Source of the DNA: Acidobacteriota bacterium | GTDB lineage: Bacteria > Acidobacteriota > Thermoanaerobaculia > UBA5066 | DNA length: 44,728 nt | Assembly: GCA_039934255.1 (NCBI GenBank) | Contig: JBDTML010000073.1 | Span: 1 to 44,728 of the forward strand | Reading direction: 5' to 3' | In this document: positions 41,086-44,728 of the stretch, piece after piece | Layout: each line of letters starts with the position of its first letter | Position numbering within the stretch: position 1 is the stretch's first letter | Translations under genes and position numbers: made by a program | The notes under the pieces: generated by a model | The model's database searches: none | Told to the model about the DNA's origin: nothing | What the model saw: only the letters and a program-made list of their open reading frames with translations

Positions 41086-42867
41086 ATGCTGACGCAGGTC
41101 GGGAAGTACCAGATCGTCGAGAAGATCGGTGTGGGCGGGTTTGGCACCGTCTACAAGGGGCGGGATCCATTCATCAAGCGAAACGTCGCGATCAAGACCT
41201 GCCAAAGCGAAGAAGAGGAGATCAAGAAGCGCTTCTTCCGCGAGGCCGAGTTCGCGGGAAACCTCCATCACCGCAACGTCACGACGATCTACGACTTCGG
41301 CGTCACCGACGACGGCACCCCTTACATCGTCCAGGAGTTCCTGACCGGCGACGACCTCGACAAGGCGATCAAACAGAAGGAACCGCTGACGCTCGCACGC
41401 AAGCTGCAGATCCTGATCGACGTATGCGAGGGCCTCGGCTACGCGCACGCGGCCGGCATCATCCACCGCGACATCAAGCCGTCGAACATCCGCATTCTCG
41501 AGGACGGGACCGTCAAGATCATGGATTTCGGAATCGCGAAATCCATGGTCTCGCAGTCGACGCTCACGCAGACCGGCATCACGCTGGGCACGGCGTCCTA
41601 TCTCGCTCCCGAGCAGATTCGAGGCGAGGATCTCGACCCGCGAACGGACATTTTCTCGCTCGGCGTTCTCGCCTACGAGATCGTGACCGGACAGAAGCCC
41701 TTCACGGGCGACCACATTTCCACGGTTCTCTACAAGATCATGAACGAAGTGCCCCCGCCGCCGAGCTCACTCGACTCGGCTTTGCCCCGCAGCCTCGACG
41801 CCATGATCCTCAAGGCTCTCGAAAAGGACCGCACGAAACGCTTTGCCTCCTGCGCCCAGCTCCGCGCCGAGTGCCTCACGCTTCTCCAGACCGTTCCGGA
41901 GGGGCCCGCCTTCCAGATGCCGCCCGAGAGCGACATGGACAAGACGGTCGCGACGCCGTCCGCCGGATTTCAGCTCTCGAACGCGGCCTCTCTCGGGGCG
42001 GCCCCGGCGGCAAAGTCCTCCCGTGTTCTCGACACGCCGCTCAGCCCACCCGCGTCCGCCCGGGCGACGGTCGGAGGCGTCGCGGACGTCCACCTCCGCA
42101 CGGACGGTGCGGCGGCAGGCCACCGGGTCGCGCGTGAAGAGGGCGGATCCGCTCTGAAAGTGTTTCTCGCCGCGATCGTGCTGGTGGCGGTTGCGGGAGG
42201 CACCTGGCTCGTCGCACAGAGGAGACACGCCGCGGCCCCGCTGTCGGCCGCGCCCACTCCTGGGGCGGACGCGTCGACGGCGGGAAGTCCGGCTCTTCCG
42301 CCTTCCACGGCTCCCGCGACGGCGAGCGTCCAGCCGGCCACGGCCTCTCCGCCGCCAGCACCCGAGCCCTCTCCCCCACCGGTAGCCGAGCCGACGGCCG
42401 CGCCCGTCAGGGTGAAAGAAGTCGCCACGACCGCGCCCGTCACCTTCAAGTCGAACATCTACGCCGAGCTGTTCATCAACGGAAAGCGCCAGAGCGCGAA
42501 CCTGCCGAGGGCGACCACCGTCACGCTCAAGCCGGGCCGGTATTCCGCCGTCTTCGACGCGCCGGGTTTCATGAAGATCACGAAGGAATTCGAGATCTCC
42601 GCTGCCGACCCTAGAGCCCTGACCGTGCCTTGCGAGTTTCCGGGGCGCGGCATCGTCTCGTTCACCGCTCTTCCCGCGGGCGCGGAGATCCGCGTCGACG
42701 GCGTCCTGATCGGTGCCTCCACGGGCGGGCCCATGAAGAAGACACTCCGCGCCGGTCCCCACGAGATCAGCGTGAGTCTTCCCGGCTACAGGACCGTCAT
42801 GAAGCCGTTCGACGTCGCCGAAGACGACTCGTTCGCGATCCCCCGTATCGAGTTGAAGAAGGAATAG
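41086..42867 (+). CDS. Hanks-type Ser/Thr protein kinase with TM segment and extracellular PEGA-like beta domains
   Basis: IGVGGFGTVY, VAIK, IHRDIKPSN, DFGIA, GTASYLAPE, a TM helix, a Pro/Ala linker and PAGAEIRVDG..GPHEISVSLPGY. Confidence 0.92.
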   Translation: MLTQVGKYQIVEKIGVGGFGTVYKGRDPFIKRNVAIKTCQSEEEEIKKRFFREAEFAGNLHHRNVTTIYDFGVTDDGTPYIVQEFLTGDDLDKAIKQKEPLTLARKLQILIDVCEGLGYAHAAGIIHRDIKPSNIRILEDGTVKIMDFGIAKSMVSQSTLTQTGITLGTASYLAPEQIRGEDLDPRTDIFSLGVLAYEIVTGQKPFTGDHISTVLYKIMNEVPPPPSSLDSALPRSLDAMILKALEKDRTKRFASCAQLRAECLTLLQTVPEGPAFQMPPESDMDKTVATPSAGFQLSNAASLGAAPAAKSSRVLDTPLSPPASARATVGGVADVHLRTDGAAAGHRVAREEGGSALKVFLAAIVLVAVAGGTWLVAQRRHAAAPLSAAPTPGADASTAGSPALPPSTAPATASVQPATASPPPAPEPSPPPVAEPTAAPVRVKEVATTAPVTFKSNIYAELFINGKRQSANLPRATTVTLKPGRYSAVFDAPGFMKITKEFEISAADPRALTVPCEFPGRGIVSFTALPAGAEIRVDGVLIGASTGGPMKKTLRAGPHEISVSLPGYRTVMKPFDVAEDDSFAIPRIELKKE

Positions 42868-42881
42868 CTAGAATCTCGCTC

Positions 42882-44594
42882 GTGAAGCGGGCCCTTCTCT
42901 TGTTTTCCCTTACGTCTCTTGTCGCGTTGGTTCTCCTCGCACCGCCCGCCCGCGCGCAGGAGGGCTCGGAATCGCTCGAGAAAGAGGCGCGGAAGGCCGT
43001 GAACGCCGGCCAGTTCCGCAAGGCCGCGCTCAAGTTCGAAAGCGCGGCTTCCGCCGCGAGCGACCCGCAGCGCCGCTCGCGCATGCTGGTGCAGTCCGCC
43101 TGGGCGAGCTTCAACGACGCGAAGAAGACCGACGCGCAGGACGCCCTGAGGCGCGCGTTCACCGCCAGTCCCGACCTCGAGGTCGTGGCCGACTTCTTCT
43201 CGCCCGACTTCGTGAAGCTCGCGGCCGACGTCCGCACCTCGGCGGTGGCCGCGCTACCTCCGCCCGCCGCCGACCTCGGAGAACTGAAGCGCGTCGCGAG
43301 GGAAAAGCTCGCGGACGGGAACACCGAGGACGTCATTCACGACCTGCTCTACAACGTGCCGCGCGAAAAGCTCGATGCCGAGGCGATCGAACTCCTCGCC
43401 CAGGCATACGAGAAGGCGGGCAAGTTCGCCGAAGCTACGCGCGTGCGCGCGGCCGGCTCCGAGGCGTCGAAGGCCGGTTCCGTTGCGGGGAAGGCCGGAC
43501 CCGCGACGCCACCGGCATCCGCCCCGCCGGCCTCCCCGGCCACCGGGACGGGCGTGATCCGAGCCCCCGCGGGAGCCGCAGCGCTGCCCGCGATGTCCTC
43601 GGCCGACTACCTCGCCGCGGGCCGCGGCGCGCTGTCGCGAGGCGACGCTCTGACCGCGCAGTCGGCCGCAAACCGCGCGCTCGAGATCGACCCTCAGTCG
43701 AGCGATGCCTACCGCCTCCTCGGAAATGCGGCCGCCCTGCGCGGAGAGAAGGCTTTCGCCAAGGCCAATCTCGACCAGTCGCTGAAGTACAACGAGAAGA
43801 ACGAAGGAACGCTCCTCGACCTCTACGAGCTTTCGATGGGCGACAGGAACTGGGACGCCGCGCTCGACGCGCTGCGCCGGGCGACCGAGGTCAATCCGGA
43901 GAACGGATCGAAGCTCGTCGCCCTCGGACGCAAGGCCCGGGCGGACGGGGATCTCGCCCGCGCGCGACAGGTCTTCGCCACGGCCGCCGTGGCGTCGCCG
44001 AAGGACGTCTCCGTCCTGACCGAATACGCGGGCATTCTGATTCAGGCGAAGGATCTCGACGCCGCCCTCGAGCCCCTCATGAAGGCCGCCGCCGTCGAGC
44101 CGGACCGCGAGATCGTGCGCGCAAACCTGGCGTCGACGCTCCGGAGGAAGGGCCTCTGGAAAGACGCCGAAAAGGAATACCGCGAGGCCGTTCGCGCGGA
44201 CCCCGACTACTCCACCGCCCTGCGCGGCCTTGGCACTCTCCTCCTCGAGCGCGGCCAGGCCGCACAGGCCATCGAGCCGCTCAAGAAAGCCGTCCTTCGC
44301 GACCCGACGAACGTCGAGAGCGCGTGGGCGCTCGCGCGCGCGCAACGCCAGACGGGCGCTCTCAGAGACGCCGCCGAGAGCCTCGCCGCGTCCGCAGCCC
44401 TCGACAAGGCGCCGCTCGACGACGAGGCCGGGGCCGTGGCCTACGAGCGCGGCCGCTACCAGGAGGCCGTCGGGTTCTTCGACCGCGCGCTCTCGAAGGA
44501 GCCGGGCTCCGCCCTTTACAAGGCGAACCGCGAGAAGGCGGCCGCCGCCGCTGCTTTCATCAAGGGATCGGGGCTCAGCGTTCCGGAGAAGTAG
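42882..44594 (+). CDS. Exported tetratricopeptide repeat protein
   Basis: Signal peptide (..PARA-Q) and many TPR-like helical repeats ending in A...DP/NP; GTG at 42882. Confidence 0.85.
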   Translation: MKRALLLFSLTSLVALVLLAPPARAQEGSESLEKEARKAVNAGQFRKAALKFESAASAASDPQRRSRMLVQSAWASFNDAKKTDAQDALRRAFTASPDLEVVADFFSPDFVKLAADVRTSAVAALPPPAADLGELKRVAREKLADGNTEDVIHDLLYNVPREKLDAEAIELLAQAYEKAGKFAEATRVRAAGSEASKAGSVAGKAGPATPPASAPPASPATGTGVIRAPAGAAALPAMSSADYLAAGRGALSRGDALTAQSAANRALEIDPQSSDAYRLLGNAAALRGEKAFAKANLDQSLKYNEKNEGTLLDLYELSMGDRNWDAALDALRRATEVNPENGSKLVALGRKARADGDLARARQVFATAAVASPKDVSVLTEYAGILIQAKDLDAALEPLMKAAAVEPDREIVRANLASTLRRKGLWKDAEKEYREAVRADPDYSTALRGLGTLLLERGQAAQAIEPLKKAVLRDPTNVESAWALARAQRQTGALRDAAESLAASAALDKAPLDDEAGAVAYERGRYQEAVGFFDRALSKEPGSALYKANREKAAAAAAFIKGSGLSVPEK

Positions 44595-44600
44595 AAGCCG

Positions 44601-44726
44601 TCAGTCTCCGGCAGAATCCGCCTCATCGCCATTCCGCATCACCGTCAGGAAGTCCGCGAGAATGCGCGCCGTGGCGCCCCAGATCGCGTGGCCCTTGTAG
44701 TGGTAGACGAGCGTCATCACGTCCTT
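44601..44726 (-). CDS. NUDIX CoA pyrophosphatase (NudL-like), C-terminal fragment; 5' truncated by the window
   Basis: Translated by hand: KDVMTLVYHYKGHAIWGATARILADFL..; IWGATA is the CoA-pyrophosphatase C-terminal motif; TGA at 44601-44603. Confidence 0.75.
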   Translation of the reverse strand, partial: KDVMTLVYHYKGHAIWGATARILADFLTVMRNGDEADSAGD

Positions 44727-44728
44727 GC

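Overview
High-GC, gene-dense chromosomal segment with about 44 CDS and no rRNA, tRNA, CRISPR array or transposase that I can see. The taxon is probably Acidobacteriota; this is an inference from the fused LptF-LptG, the PEGA-type kinase and the general gene style. Most content is housekeeping or metabolic: ptsI, miaB, lptFG, ahcY/SahR-like regulator/metK, rsmD, a tRNA nucleotidyltransferase, dnaE, a methionine gamma-lyase, a LeuB/C/D- or homoaconitate-type trio plus a short LeuA-like synthase, guaA, xerD, hppD-hmgA, vapBC, thiolase-hbd-dinB-crt, and a Ser/Thr kinase with a TPR protein. The most striking element is at 3.9-5.8 kb. A parA-parB operon with its own promoter ends about 165 bp from a near-canonical 28-bp XerCD dif site (5747-5774), and gene orientation converges on this point, which suggests the replication terminus. 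The ParB has a non-canonical DNA-recognition region, and its gene contains a perfect 20-bp palindrome with a parS-like 16-bp core (TGTCGGCGCGCCGACA). Together these suggest a terminus-linked ParABS system with its own parS. Two window-wide patterns also stand out: a dispersed, degenerate ~25-bp purine/pyrimidine-asymmetric motif (about CCCTCTT-N3-6-TTCTAAGAARTCTC, roughly 12 copies) that even sits inside coding insertions, and widespread leaderless gene starts (a TANNNT box 5-7 nt before the start codon).
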